This document shows positions 27,851-38,299 of a stretch of 64,000 bases of DNA, piece after piece; position 1 is the first letter of the stretch; the number at the start of each line of letters is the position of its first letter. Under the pieces are notes generated by a model. That model was not told the origin of the DNA and did not search any database. It saw only the letters and a list, made by a program, of their open reading frames with translations. A program made the position numbers and the translations under genes. The DNA is from an uncultured delta proteobacterium (GTDB taxonomy: Bacteria > Desulfobacterota > Desulfobaccia > Desulfobaccales > 0-14-0-80-60-11), in the NCBI GenBank assembly GCA_963739295.1, contig CAVTZS010000015.1:13574-77573 (forward strand), in the 5' to 3' direction.

Positions 27851-28477
27851 TCAAATAATTATCGGTTGATAGCCCTCAGGGGTGATGGTGGCAAAATAGT
27901 AGGGAGGTCCTACCTCTTCCTTGATCTGGGCCATTTTTTCCAGAAAATCTCGGCTCATTTTTAGAAGTTCATCCAGGTTGGCGCCTTCCTGGAGGGCCTT
28001 GAAGAGCCGCATCTCCATCCCCAGGTTCCGGGGCATAACTACCATCTGGCTGGCGGGAATCAGGCGCAGGGGAAGTTCATTTTCTTCGCTCGCCAGAAGA
28101 AACAGCCAAAAGGGGGGCGGGGGCTGATCCGGGGCGTAACCTGCCAGGATAAAGTAAATGCGCCGCAGGCCCTCGGGCTCAGGGCCATGTTGCTTAAGGT
28201 GGCGGGCATACCCCTGGGAGAGAAAGTCCCGGGCGAATTCCACCATTTCGTCAAGGTCCTCCCAACCCCGCCGCCGCTCGATTTCCCAGCGCAGGGACAG
28301 AGACAAGGGCACGCTCACGCCCGCGCCGCCGCTCAGAATAGCGCCATACTTCCCCAAGGGGAAAAGCTTTTCCACCTGAAAAAATTCCGGGCGGCCGGAG
28401 GCGTCAAATCGGGTGGCCCGGCTGTCCGTGGCCAGGGAAAGGCCGTGCTCATTAAACCCCGCCAGGGCCTGGGTCAT
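27851..28477 (-). CDS. hypothetical protein (weak proteasome/Ntn-hydrolase-like impression)
   Basis: The Met at 28477 is preceded by GAGGA. The upstream 22 aa of the track ORF are repeat-derived. No firm motif. Confidence 0.4.
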   Translation of the reverse strand: MTQALAGFNEHGLSLATDSRATRFDASGRPEFFQVEKLFPLGKYGAILSGGAGVSVPLSLSLRWEIERRRGWEDLDEMVEFARDFLSQGYARHLKQHGPEPEGLRRIYFILAGYAPDQPPPPFWLFLLASEENELPLRLIPASQMVVMPRNLGMEMRLFKALQEGANLDELLKMSRDFLEKMAQIKEEVGPPYYFATITPEGYQPIII

Positions 28478-28493
28478 GGGAATATCCTCGTTG

Positions 28494-28629
28494 TGTGGGG
28501 GAGGGCCAGGGAGGTGTTGAACTCCCCTGCCCTCCCCCCACACCCCCCTCCCAACCCGTGTAAGGGGTTGGGGGAGAGGGCTTGGGGGAGGATTGTAAGT
28601 GGGTCTGCGACCCCTGGCCCCCTTCCCCA
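28494..28629 (+). repeat. composite intergenic repeat, forward, lacking the hp2 tip hairpin
   Basis: hp1, then CCTCCCAACCCGTGTAAGGGGTTGGGGG, then hp3. Confidence 0.85.
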
Positions 28630-28630
28630 G

Positions 28631-29960
28631 TTACTTCTCCTCCACCATCTCAACCATTTCCGGCAGAGGTGCGGCCTGGGGATGGTAAAAGATTCGCATC
28701 TCCGCCGGGGCCAGGGGTAACTCCAGGCCGCGCCGGAGTTTCAGGGGCGGCCCTTCGGGGGTCAGGTCCCGCCAGGCCCCGGGCGGTCTGCCCAGCATCT
28801 CGAAAGTATCCGGCATGACCGCGGTCTGGGCTTCATGGGTAGCATTGATCACCGCCAGCACCCGGCCTCTTTCGTTATCTCTGGATTTAAGTAACATCAC
28901 CACCGGCTCATCCTCAGGGCTCAGCCGGACCTGGGGGCCCTCCTCCAGCAGCACCGGGCACCGGCGTTTCATGCGGTTCACCCGGGTGATGAACTCCGTC
29001 AGGTCATAAGTAGGGGTTTCCCAATCCTCGGGTCTCGTTTTGACCACGTGCAGGTGTTTCTGAAAACCGTACTCAAAGCCCATGGGCATCATCAAGCCGC
29101 TGGAGAAATAGGCGGCGAAGAGATAGCGTTGCCGGGCCACCTCCATGGCGCCGCCGCTCTCCGCCGCCAGCCTTGGGGTGTCGTGGGTCTCCGGGAAGCT
29201 GATGGAGGGGGCCACCCGCCGGAAGCGCTGGTACTGCTGCAAACACCAGTCTGCCTGGAAATCCCACCATTTGGAGCTGTTGTACAGGAAGTCGAAGCCC
29301 GCGAGACGAGAGTTGGGCGCATTCCTCCAAGCGGCAGCCCAGGGTCTCGGCAAAGAACCGGGCCCGGGGTTCCAGGCGCCGGGCCTCAGAGATCAGGCGC
29401 TCCCAGAACTCTCCGGGAATCTTGTAAGCGGCATCGGCCCGGAAACCCCTAAACCCCAGGCGCAGATATTTGGCCACCACCGTATGCCAGAAGTTAAGCA
29501 AACCCTCAGGATCAGGGGGCGGCCAATACTCCAGTTCCGCCAGGTCGCCCCATACCGTCACCCGGGTGGCATCCGCGGGATCGATGGCCCCGGGATGTTT
29601 AATCTGGCCGTCCTCGTCCTGGGCATACCATTCCGGATGCTCCTTAACCAGGGGGGAGTCGATGGCCGTGTGGTTGATTACCAGGTCCAGCATGACCTTC
29701 AGGCCCCGGCGGCCCGCGGCCTTAAGGAAATGCTCCAGGGCAGCCTCCGGGTCCTTTCCGGAATCGGGAAAAAAGAGGGGATTGAGGCCAAAGTAATCCT
29801 TGACGGCATATAGGCTCCCGGAAAGCCCAGGGGTGTGAATGGGATTCAGGTAGAGCCAGGTGAAGCCCATGGCCGCAATGCGCTTCAGGTGCTCCTCCCA
29901 CCGGGGGATGGGACCCAGCAGAGGGGGAAAGAGATTGTAGATGAGAGTGGCTTCAGGCAT
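28631..29960 (-). CDS. GH13 alpha-amylase-family enzyme (GlgE/maltosyltransferase-like); one apparent frameshift near 29300-29335
   Basis: GFTWLYLNPIHTPG, VMLDLVINHTA, GFRADAAYKIP, FFAETLG, then in another frame AGFDFLYNSSKWWDF, ISFPETHDTPRLA. Span is 1330 nt = 3n+1. Confidence 0.75.
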
Positions 29961-29982
29961 GAGTTACCTCGTTAGAGTTATG

Positions 29983-30045
29983 GTGGGGGAGGGCCAGGGA
30001 CCTGAGGTTGAATGGGCCTCCGGCCGGCCCTTAGCCCCCTCCCCC
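29983..30045. repeat. composite intergenic repeat, short hybrid copy
   Basis: GTGGGGGAGGGCCAGGGACCTGAGG...GGGCCTCCGGCCGGCCCTTAGCCCCCTCCCCC. It contains the malQ stop. Confidence 0.75.
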
Positions 30046-32309
30046 AGAATTTCCTTTCCCCCGATACCGATTTAATCGGGCCGCCAGGCGGGTCGTCTCC
30101 GGGGCCTGGCGCATCTGGTTCAAGGTCAGGGGCAGCTTCCGGCGCCAGTTGGGGTGCTCCTCCCTGGTGCCGGGCAGATTCTGCTGCTGGGCCCAGCCGA
30201 AGATCTCTTCCAGGCGTACTTCCAGCAGGGCGGCCTCGCTTTGGGCCAGATACTCCAGGACCGCGAGGCGTAATTCCTCCGGGCAGCATTGTACCGCATC
30301 GCCTTCCACCGGGAAATTAGGAGGTAAGAGCTCCCGTTGCAAAAGCGCCTCTAACAACTTCAGGCGATCCAGCTTCCGGGCCACGGTGTCCTTTTCCGCC
30401 AACTGGGGATCGGGATAAAGGTTTAAGGCTCGTTTAAGCTCAATATCCTTTTCCTGCCAGAAGCCAGCCAGCGTCGGCAGGTCGTGGGTGGTGACTGCGG
30501 CCACCGCCTTGGGGGGATAATCTTCCGGAGCGCGAAAGTCCCCGCCCCAGGTCCGTTCAAAGTAAAAGACCCGGTAGGAGAAGACCCCGGCTCGGCCCAG
30601 ATCCCGGCGGATGCGGGGGGCCACGGTGCCCAGGTCCTCCCCGATGATCAGGGTGCGGCGCCGGGCGCTCTCCAGGGCCAGGATGGCCAAAAGCTCCCGG
30701 GCCGGGTAGGTTACGTAAGCCCCGTGCCGGCGGTCTGGCCCGGGGGAATCCAGAACAACCGGAATAAGCCCATGACGTGGTCCAGGCGGAGCATGCCCTC
30801 CTCCGGCAAGTTGGCCCGCAGGGTGTCGATAAAGAATTGATATTTTGACTGCCGCAGGCGCTCCGGGATCATGGGGGGGAGCCCCCAGTTCTGGCCTTTG
30901 GGGTTGAAGCCATCGGGGGGCGCGCCGAGGGCGGCTCCCTGGGCGAAAAGTCCCGGATGGGCCCAGGTGTCAAATCCTCCCGGGTCCGCGCTTAGGGCCA
31001 GGTCCTGGTAAAGGGAGAAGGGGAGGCCCTGCTGGCGGGCCTGCTGGCAAACCTGGGTCAGTTGGGTGGTGGCCAGCCATTGTCCGTATTGGTGCAGGCG
31101 GATTTCCCGGCCGTGCTCCCGGAAGAAGGCGGCGACGGCAGGGGCTTCAGGTGCTTGATAGGCTGGGGGCCAGCTCCGCCAGTCACTTTGTTTAAAATGA
31201 TCGGCCAGCGCGCTATATAGCCCGAATTTAGCCAGAGACTCCCCCGACGCGGCCAGGAACCGGGCGAATTCCACCCCCCGGGAAGTCCGGGGCGCCTCCG
31301 GCGGCCCATGCCGAGACTCAAAGGTCTTATGCAGCAGTTCCAGAACTTGCCGCTTTAAACGATAAACTTTCGAATAGGCTACCAATTCCCTGGCCTGGAG
31401 GCGAGACTGGGCTAGACCGAAGTCCCGCCCCGTCAGAAAGGCTCGGGCTTCCGGAGAGTCCGTAAGTTCAGGGATCATTTCCAGGTTCAGGTATAAGAAA
31501 TTAAGGAAAGCGCGGCTGGTGGGGGCATAGGGGCTGGGGTCGGCGTTGGCCTCCGGTTGTGGCGCGTGCAGTGGATTTACCCCTACAAAAGCGGCTCCCA
31601 GCTCCTCGGCCCAGGTAATCAACTCCAGGAGATCGCCGAAATCCCCCATGCCCCAGTTACTTTCACTTCTAAGGGCATAGAGGGGCAGATTGAAGCCCCA
31701 GACCCGGCGGCCTGGGGTCAGCCAATCCGGCAGATAAACCCTGGCGGGGGCGATGATCAGGCGTGATTGCCCTGTTTCCTGGCGACTGCTGGCCTTAACT
31801 TGCAGGGTCAGGTCGTAATACCCCAACTCCAGGTCAGGGGGAAGGGGAAGCTCCAGCCGGGTCCGAAAACCTCTTTTCACCTGCAGGCTAACCGGCTTGA
31901 CCGGGAACTTGGCCCGGGCCTCCCAGGTCGACTTTTGGCCGGACTCATCCGTAATCTGCCCCTGAATCTCAACCGTTGGTGGCAGCTCCAAGGAGGGCGT
32001 CCAGGGATAGACGACCACTCGGGGGGCCCGGCCAGCCAGAGAGATTGCCTGAACCGGCGACAGCAAGGGGGGTAAGGACTGCCGGCGCCGTTCCTTTAGC
32101 TCCTGGTTCAGCCGGGCCGGATCCTCCCAGGGGAGGCCCATGGCGCGGAGCAGGGCTTGAAAGGTGGCCAGAGAAGTGCGCCGGCGCCGCCCGAAGTTAT
32201 CCCGATACTCCGGGGCAATGCCGCACAGGCGGCCCAAGGCCGCGATCTTGTCGGTGGTTTCTTGGTCGGGCATGAGGGCCAACTTAAACTGCCGCGGCGG
32301 CTTGGGCAA
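30031..32309 (-). CDS. malQ: 4-alpha-glucanotransferase (GH77); one apparent frameshift near 30718-30730
   Basis: GVNPLHAPQPEANADPSPYAPTSRAF, HVMGLFRLFWIPPGQTA, then in another frame GAYVTYPARELLAILALESARRRTLIIGEDLGTV. Span is 2279 nt = 3n+2. Start may be the Met at 32273. Confidence 0.85.
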
Positions 32310-35300
32310 TTACGCCGTCGGCGATGGTATAGCAAGCGATCAAGGCATCGCGGTACTGAAGGTCGTGGCGAACTCTGGCAAAAATCTCCCGGAATTCAGG
32401 ATGGCAGGAAAACAGCAGCACCTGCTGCTCCCGGGAAAATTCCAGGATCACCCTGGCCGCCTTAGCCCGGCGGGTGGGGTCAAACTTCACCAACACATCG
32501 TCCAGAATAACCGGCAGGGGCTCCAGGTGTCGGCCGAACTCCCGGGCCAGGCCCAGGCGAATCGCCAGGTAAACTTGATCCGCCAGCCCGGCGCTCCAGC
32601 AGATTTCCTCTTTGCGTCCCAAGGACGACCTATCTTCCAGTTGGATGCTGTCTTCGCCCACGGACGACACCAGACGGTAGCGGGCCTGGGCCATGGTGTT
32701 AAGAAACCGGTCGGCTTCTTGAATCACCTGGGGCTGCCGTTCCCGTTCGTAAACTGACCGGGCCTGCTCCAGGAGATGGCGGCAGACCATCAGGGTGGCC
32801 CAGCGCCGGGTGGCGTCGGCCAGTTGTTCTTTAAGAGTGCGCTGCTCCAGGAGCAACTCGCCCAGTTTCTCGTTCTGGGCCAGGTCGGCCAGCCTGCGGT
32901 TTAAATCGCCCACCTCCCGGTTATCTTTAGATAATGAGTCGGTTAACTCGTTTTGGCGTGATTCCAGTATTTCCTTCTCTGCCTGCAGGGCCGAGGGCTC
33001 AGTCTGGCTGAGCTCTTCTTCCAGGGCGGCCTGGGCTTCTTCGGTGCCGGCCAGGGTGCGCAGGGCAATCTCGTTGTCCTCGATTTCCTTCAGCCAATCG
33101 CGCCATTCCTGGTAAGAGGCGGCTTGGTGCCGAAATTCTTCTTCGTCTCGGGCCCCGGCTTTCTGGAACAATTCCCTCAGTTCACCCTCTTTGGGGTTTT
33201 CCTCTTCACCCAGCCGGGCCGCATGAGATTGGGCTTCAGTGAGTCGCCTTTCCAGGTCAATCTGCTGCCGTTGGGCTTTTAGGGCCTCTTCCAGGACCCG
33301 GCCCAGGGTCCGCAGGTCCTCCACCCCCACTTCCGGAGCCGCCGAGGTCCTCCCGCAAGAGTCCAGAATCTGGTGAATCTGGTCCCGGGTTTGGGTCAGG
33401 TAATTTCCCAGATCTCCCAGGCGTTGGCGGTACCCTTGAAGGTTGCCCTGGGCCACCCGGGCACTTTCCACGGCTTGCAGCACTGCCTCAAACCCCGGCG
33501 GGCGTACCTGGACCGAAAACTTACGCTCCCCCAGCCACTTTTCCCACTCACCCCGCAGCCGTTGAAGTTCCTGGGAGGCCTGGTCCGCTTCCCGGGCGGC
33601 TTTTTCCAGCTTCCCCCGGACCTCCAGGCATTGGGCTTCGGCCTTGACCCTTTCCCGTTCCCGGGTCTTCCACTCCTGCCACTGCCGGGCCGCGTCTTCC
33701 ACTCGCCCGGCCAGGCGTTCCAACTGGGTCAAGTCATGGGGCCGCTCCAGGGCCGCCTCCTGGGCCAGGCGGTCCAGTTCCCGGTCCAGGTCCTCCATCT
33801 GCCGGTCAAAGTGGTTTATTTCCTCAGCCAGCGTTTTATGGGCCTGGGCCACCTGCTCCTGGTCTTCCGAGAGGCGTTTAAGCTCCTCATGGCGCAAGCG
33901 GCGGCGCCAGAAATGGAAAAAAGCCGCCAGGCCCGCGCCCGCCAGGAGGGCCAGGCCCGCAGCAAGGTAAGCCCTCTGCCAGACGGCCAACACCCCCGCG
34001 GCGGTGAGCCCGGCTAGCAGTACGGGGAGCCACAGCCACCCGGGCCAGGGCTCCGGCGGTTCCTCCATCTGCCCCTTAAGCCGGGCCAGTCGAGCTGCTG
34101 CCTCTTGCTGGGCCGCCAGCTTATCCTTGCTTTGCGTGGCCAGCACCTCCCGTTGATGCAGAAGCGGGCGCAGCAGTCGCACTGCGTCCTGTTGGCCCTG
34201 CAACTGCCGGTCATCCGCCATGGGGGGCAAAGGAAGTTCCTGCCATTGCCGCTGGGCCTCCTCCGCCGCGGTTTCTGCGGTGGCCGCGTCCTCGCCTCGG
34301 CGGCGCGCCTCGGCCTGGGCCGCCTCAAAGTGACGTTCCGCCGCGTCCAACAGGCGCCCGAACTCCTGCACCCGCTGCCGCACCTGCACCGAAGTATCCA
34401 CCTGGGCCAGCCGGGCGGCATCCCAATCGGGTCCCAATTCCTTAAGGCGCCTTAAGAATTCTGCCTCTGCCTGCTGCATCTCGCTCTGAACTTTGGGATG
34501 ATCGCTAAGCGCCGAGGCCAGTTGTCCGGTTTCCCCCAGCAGGGCGGTGATGGCGTCTTGGTGGCTGATGATGACCTCGTCCACGGTGAGTCGGCTTAAT
34601 TCCTGGGCCAGACGCAGGGCTTCCCCTTGCTGGGCCTTCTGTTCCTGGCCCAGGCGGTCCAGGTCCTTTTTCAAATTATCCAGCCGTTCCAGGCCATTAG
34701 GGGGAAATTCCCCGGCGAACTCCAAACCTTTGGCTTTCCGGCACGCCAGAGAGCAGCGCACCCAGGGTTCCCGCGCCTGCTGTAGCTGTTCCAGCCGCTT
34801 AAGCTTCCGGCGGAGCTCCTCGGACTCGCTTTGGCATTGTTTGATCTGCTCCTCTAGTTGCTCCCTCTGTCTTTGGGCTGCGGCATATTCCGTAGCCAGT
34901 CCCCGGAGCTCCTTGATCTGGGCCTCGGCCTCTTTCAGATGCTTAAGCCCCTGATTAATCCGCTGCTGCGTCCCTCGCTGACTGAGGAGATTCCCCAGCT
35001 CTTTGTCCAGGTTTTGCATGGCCAGGGGAACCGAGGCCGCGCCCAGGCCCGCGCCCGCGGAAAACAGGCGTCCCCCCACGCCTTCCTGGGATAGCACGCC
35101 CAACCCCTGCAAGTCCTTAAGGTCTACGGCAAAAACGCGCTCGAAAGTATTGCGGTCAATACCGCCCAGTAATCGCTCCGCGGGGATGGCCTTTTCCGGG
35201 GCTCGCCCGGGTTCCGCAATGGTGGCCTGGCGCCCCACTCTTTCTACGGTGAACTGCTTGCCGTCTTGCCTTAGCAGCTGTAATCTGCCGCCATGGTTGC

Positions 35301-35496
35301 CGCCGCGCAGGGGGGGATAAAGATTGCGGATATCCCGTCGGGGGAAGCCGAACAGCACGGTGCGGATGAACTCCATCAGGGTGGTCTTGCCGCACTCGTT
35401 ATCCCCGAGAAACAGGACCAGGCCGCCGGAAAGGTCCTGTGCTCCTTGATCGTGGTAAATCCCAAACCCGTCGATATGGAAGCCGCTGATGATCAC
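32284..35496 (-). CDS. AAA/SMC-like ATPase with long coiled coil (YhaN/SbcC-like)
   Basis: N-terminal FLGDNECGKTTLMEFI (Walker A), about 700 aa of coiled coil rich in E/Q/R/L with a central hydrophobic pair, and C-terminal ILDDVLVKFD (Walker B-like). Confidence 0.7.
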   Translation of the reverse strand: MIISGFHIDGFGIYHDQGAQDLSGGLVLFLGDNECGKTTLMEFIRTVLFGFPRRDIRNLYPPLRGGNHGGRLQLLRQDGKQFTVERVGRQATIAEPGRAPEKAIPAERLLGGIDRNTFERVFAVDLKDLQGLGVLSQEGVGGRLFSAGAGLGAASVPLAMQNLDKELGNLLSQRGTQQRINQGLKHLKEAEAQIKELRGLATEYAAAQRQREQLEEQIKQCQSESEELRRKLKRLEQLQQAREPWVRCSLACRKAKGLEFAGEFPPNGLERLDNLKKDLDRLGQEQKAQQGEALRLAQELSRLTVDEVIISHQDAITALLGETGQLASALSDHPKVQSEMQQAEAEFLRRLKELGPDWDAARLAQVDTSVQVRQRVQEFGRLLDAAERHFEAAQAEARRRGEDAATAETAAEEAQRQWQELPLPPMADDRQLQGQQDAVRLLRPLLHQREVLATQSKDKLAAQQEAAARLARLKGQMEEPPEPWPGWLWLPVLLAGLTAAGVLAVWQRAYLAAGLALLAGAGLAAFFHFWRRRLRHEELKRLSEDQEQVAQAHKTLAEEINHFDRQMEDLDRELDRLAQEAALERPHDLTQLERLAGRVEDAARQWQEWKTRERERVKAEAQCLEVRGKLEKAAREADQASQELQRLRGEWEKWLGERKFSVQVRPPGFEAVLQAVESARVAQGNLQGYRQRLGDLGNYLTQTRDQIHQILDSCGRTSAAPEVGVEDLRTLGRVLEEALKAQRQQIDLERRLTEAQSHAARLGEEENPKEGELRELFQKAGARDEEEFRHQAASYQEWRDWLKEIEDNEIALRTLAGTEEAQAALEEELSQTEPSALQAEKEILESRQNELTDSLSKDNREVGDLNRRLADLAQNEKLGELLLEQRTLKEQLADATRRWATLMVCRHLLEQARSVYERERQPQVIQEADRFLNTMAQARYRLVSSVGEDSIQLEDRSSLGRKEEICWSAGLADQVYLAIRLGLAREFGRHLEPLPVILDDVLVKFDPTRRAKAARVILEFSREQQVLLFSCHPEFREIFARVRHDLQYRDALIACYTIADGVIAQAAAAV

Positions 35497-35499
35497 GGG

Positions 35500-36774
35500 C
35501 TAGCCTTCCTCGGGAAGCAATTGATCCAGAGCCAGGGTTTCCGCGTCACTTAGAATCTCCAGGAGGTCGGCTTCAGAAAGCTGCTCCAGATCCCGGGCAA
35601 TCAGGCGGTGCTCCGGACGCTGGCCCAACACTTGGCGCAGCCTGGCGCCAGGGTTAGCCTCACTCCGGATGGCCTGGGCGGCCCGGAGACAATCGCCGAC
35701 GAAATCCTGGACGGTGCGCCTTTGGGGGAGGTCGATCACTGGCCGGGTGTGGTTCTGCACCGATTCCACCCAGACAAAGTCCTGGCGTTCCATCTCATCC
35801 TCCCGTAAAGGCACCGCCAGGTCGCGCTCCGGGTCAGCCCGCCGCAATTCGGCATGCAGCTCGCCTCGTCCGCATAACTGCAATCTCAGTATGGCGGCCC
35901 GTCCCTGGGCCGCGGTCCGCACTTCCTCCCGCGCCCGGTAGAGCCGGTCCAGGAGACCATCCCAGTTATTCAAGTCAGTGAGGTCAATATCCTGGATAAA
36001 CCAGCGCACCACATCGGTGGCCACGAACTCCGGGGTGATTCTTCCTGACTGGTCCACCCGCACCAGATAACAGCCCCTGGCTCCCAGCTCCCGCCAGTTA
36101 CGCCCCTGGGTGTTGCCTGGATAGATGATGCAAGGACCGTGTTCCTTGAGGACTTGTTGGGCATGGACGTGCCCCAGGGCCCAGTAGTCCATCCTGCCGG
36201 CGAGCAAGTCCTCCAGGGTGCAGGGGGCATAATTATCGTGGTTGGGGTTTCCGCCCACGTTGCAGTGGAGCACCCCGATGGCAAAAGGGCCAGGGCCCTG
36301 GCGCGGGAATCTGGGGACGAGATTCTCTTTGATTTCCCGGACCGGATAGCTGATGCCATAAATATAGGCCAGGGGCGCGGCGTTACGGTTCAGCGCCACC
36401 ACCTGCTCCACCTGCCCGCCCCCGAAGCGGTGGACCAACTCGGGCATGCTCAGATTGGCCTCCCAGCCCGAGAGCGGGTCGTGATTGCCATGGACCACAA
36501 AGCACTTGATTCCGGCCGCCAAGGTGCGCCGGAGCGCCTCCCGGAAGCGCAACTGGGCCCGCAGGCTGCGGTCGGCGCCGTCATAGACGTCACCGGCCAC
36601 GATGATAAAGTCGACGCGCTCCTTGAGGGCGAGATCAATCACGTTATTAAAGGCCTGAAAGGTGGCCTCCCGCAGCACCGCGGCCACCTGGGGCTCCAAA
36701 GCGTGGAGCCCCTCGAAGGGGCTGTCCAGGTGCAGGTCGGCGCAATGCACAAAGCTAAATGAGGCGTCGTTCAT
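35500..36774 (-). CDS. metallophosphoesterase DNA-repair exonuclease (YhaO/SbcD-like)
   Basis: FVHCADLHLDSPF, IVAGDVYD, VHGNHDP, GHVH. Confidence 0.75.
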   Translation of the reverse strand: MNDASFSFVHCADLHLDSPFEGLHALEPQVAAVLREATFQAFNNVIDLALKERVDFIIVAGDVYDGADRSLRAQLRFREALRRTLAAGIKCFVVHGNHDPLSGWEANLSMPELVHRFGGGQVEQVVALNRNAAPLAYIYGISYPVREIKENLVPRFPRQGPGPFAIGVLHCNVGGNPNHDNYAPCTLEDLLAGRMDYWALGHVHAQQVLKEHGPCIIYPGNTQGRNWRELGARGCYLVRVDQSGRITPEFVATDVVRWFIQDIDLTDLNNWDGLLDRLYRAREEVRTAAQGRAAILRLQLCGRGELHAELRRADPERDLAVPLREDEMERQDFVWVESVQNHTRPVIDLPQRRTVQDFVGDCLRAAQAIRSEANPGARLRQVLGQRPEHRLIARDLEQLSEADLLEILSDAETLALDQLLPEEG

Positions 36775-36795
36775 AATGACTCGGGGAAATTGCTT

Positions 36796-36981
36796 TTGGG
36801 GGAGGGGGCAAGGGCCAGGTCGCAGACCCCTCCAGCCCCCTCCCCCAAACCCTTAATTTTTTTTAATTAAGCCGGGGGAGTTGGGGGACCTAAACCCCCA
36901 ACTCCCCCGGCTCCCTTATGCGGGTTGGGAGGGGGGTGTGGGGGGAGGGCAGGGGCCTCAGGTCCCTGGCCCTCCCCCCAC
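36796..36981 (-). repeat. composite intergenic repeat, full-length copy, reverse
   Basis: hp2 tip is CCGGGGGAGTTGGGGGACCtaaaCCCCCAACTCCCCCGG. hp1 inner stem is GGCCTCAGGTC. Confidence 0.9.
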
Positions 36982-36993
36982 AATAATTATTGC

Positions 36994-37290
36994 CTAGCGC
37001 GTCGGCGATCTTCTCATCTCTGTATAAGACAATCCCGCGGCAATTACCAGAGGAACTACTCCCAGGAAGATAAATACCAAATCTCCGGGCATGCGGCACC
37101 ATTCGATCATTTTTACAAAATCTTGAGTCACATAATCAAGGCCCCGGGCATGCCAGTAGCCGAGGTTTAAGACATTATAAAATTACAGGACGCCGCCGGG
37201 AAAGAGGTTGCCCAGCACAAAACATAACTCCGACAAGCCGCAGTAACCAGGGTTTGGGGGCGAAGGAGGGATATTTTTTCGAGAAAGGGA
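36994..37290 (-). pseudogene. C-terminal remnant of a nitric-oxide reductase large subunit (qNOR/NorB-like) with in-frame TAA
   Basis: Minus strand reads ...VLGNLFPGGVL-TAA-FYNVLNLGYWHARGLDYVTQDFVKMIEWCRMPGDLVFIFLGVVPLVIAAG. The GYWHAR...W.R.PGD..F..G..P pattern is recalled from qNOR C-termini. No upstream body is present. Confidence 0.45.
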
Positions 37291-37461
37291 TAAATTATCT
37301 TGAGAAGGTCTATAGTTCCGGGATGGTTATCATACCGCTCGTCTAAGGCCGGGAATTTCTGCTCTTGGCGGGGCGGAAAAACGATTCAGTAAGTATAAGG
37401 GACGGAGGACCATTTCTTGGTTTGGTCCTCACCTAGGTTCCTGAGGAGATATTCCTTATCT

Positions 37462-37650
37462 TTATCTTTCTTTCTCCGATTTTTTCTTCGTGTCTGCCGA
37501 CTCTTTAAGAATGACCACCATTATTACCACGAAGATTACCATCAGAAAGATGGCGGGGGTTAAGCCAGGGATTAGGCCAGATGTGGGTAAACCTACCAGA
37601 GCGCACCCTGGCACCGTAAACGAAAGGAAAATGGTCAAGGTGGCCTGCAT
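37462..37650 (-). CDS. hypothetical small membrane protein
   Basis: The Met at 37650 is preceded by AGGAGA. Translation begins MQATLTIFLSF...IFLMVIFVVIMVVIL and ends in a basic tail. Confidence 0.3.
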   Translation of the reverse strand: MQATLTIFLSFTVPGCALVGLPTSGLIPGLTPAIFLMVIFVVIMVVILKESADTKKKSEKER

Positions 37651-37728
37651 CTGAATTCTCCTGGGCCTCAGTGCCCCGTGGGGAACACCTCCAGATGGGC
37701 GCGCAAAAATGCCGGGGAGGTGCATTGA

Positions 37729-37950
37729 TTAATTAATTTTTCTCTTTCTCATTTCACCTTGCAGGTCATTCCGGGATCGGCCGTTGTGGCAACTCATGCA
37801 TACGAAGTTGCCTTCCGTCAACACGGCAATGGACCCTCCGGGAATTTCCTTTTCACATCGGAAACATCTAACCTCTGTCTGGTCATGCAGCCGAACGATT
37901 TTTAAGACCGAGTATTCCCTTTTCCAAGAATCCAATTTATAGATTTCCAT
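37729..37950 (-). CDS. hypothetical zinc-ribbon protein
   Basis: CFRCEKEIPGG...FVCMSCH (two CxxC pairs). The Met at 37950 is preceded by GGGAGGAAAG. Confidence 0.3.
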   Translation of the reverse strand: MEIYKLDSWKREYSVLKIVRLHDQTEVRCFRCEKEIPGGSIAVLTEGNFVCMSCHNGRSRNDLQGEMRKRKIN

Positions 37951-38042
37951 TAAATCTTTCCTCCCTCGGTTTCTCCTTTCCTCCGCTTCTACCATACATG
38001 AACAATTTCCTATAAATAAAATAGAAAATATCTATTGTTTTA

Positions 38043-38270
38043 AGGAAAAGTCATAGGAGAATTTAATCCAAAGCCAGGGCCCAGGGCGGCTTGCGCCAGG
38101 TGTGTGGGGGCCCCAGGGTCTAGGGCATGGGAGGCGTGGCCATGCCTGAGCCAATGGTGGCTAAGTTGGCCCTGGACCCCGGCCCGGCTTGCGGTGGCAC
38201 CGGGTATCCGCCAAGCCTGGGAAGGGTGCAAGGGGCCTCCTTTGCGGCGGGCAAACAAGGAGGTATCCAG
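38043..38270 (-). pseudogene. tyrosine recombinase (phage integrase family) C-terminal fragment
   Basis: RKGGPLHPSQAWRI...LSHHWLRHGHASHALDPGAPTHLAQAALG matches the HxLRH...GH catalytic region. The N-terminal domains and the catalytic Tyr segment are missing. Confidence 0.65.
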
Positions 38271-38299
38271 GCGGGGCTTAGCCCTTGAGGGCGGTTAAT

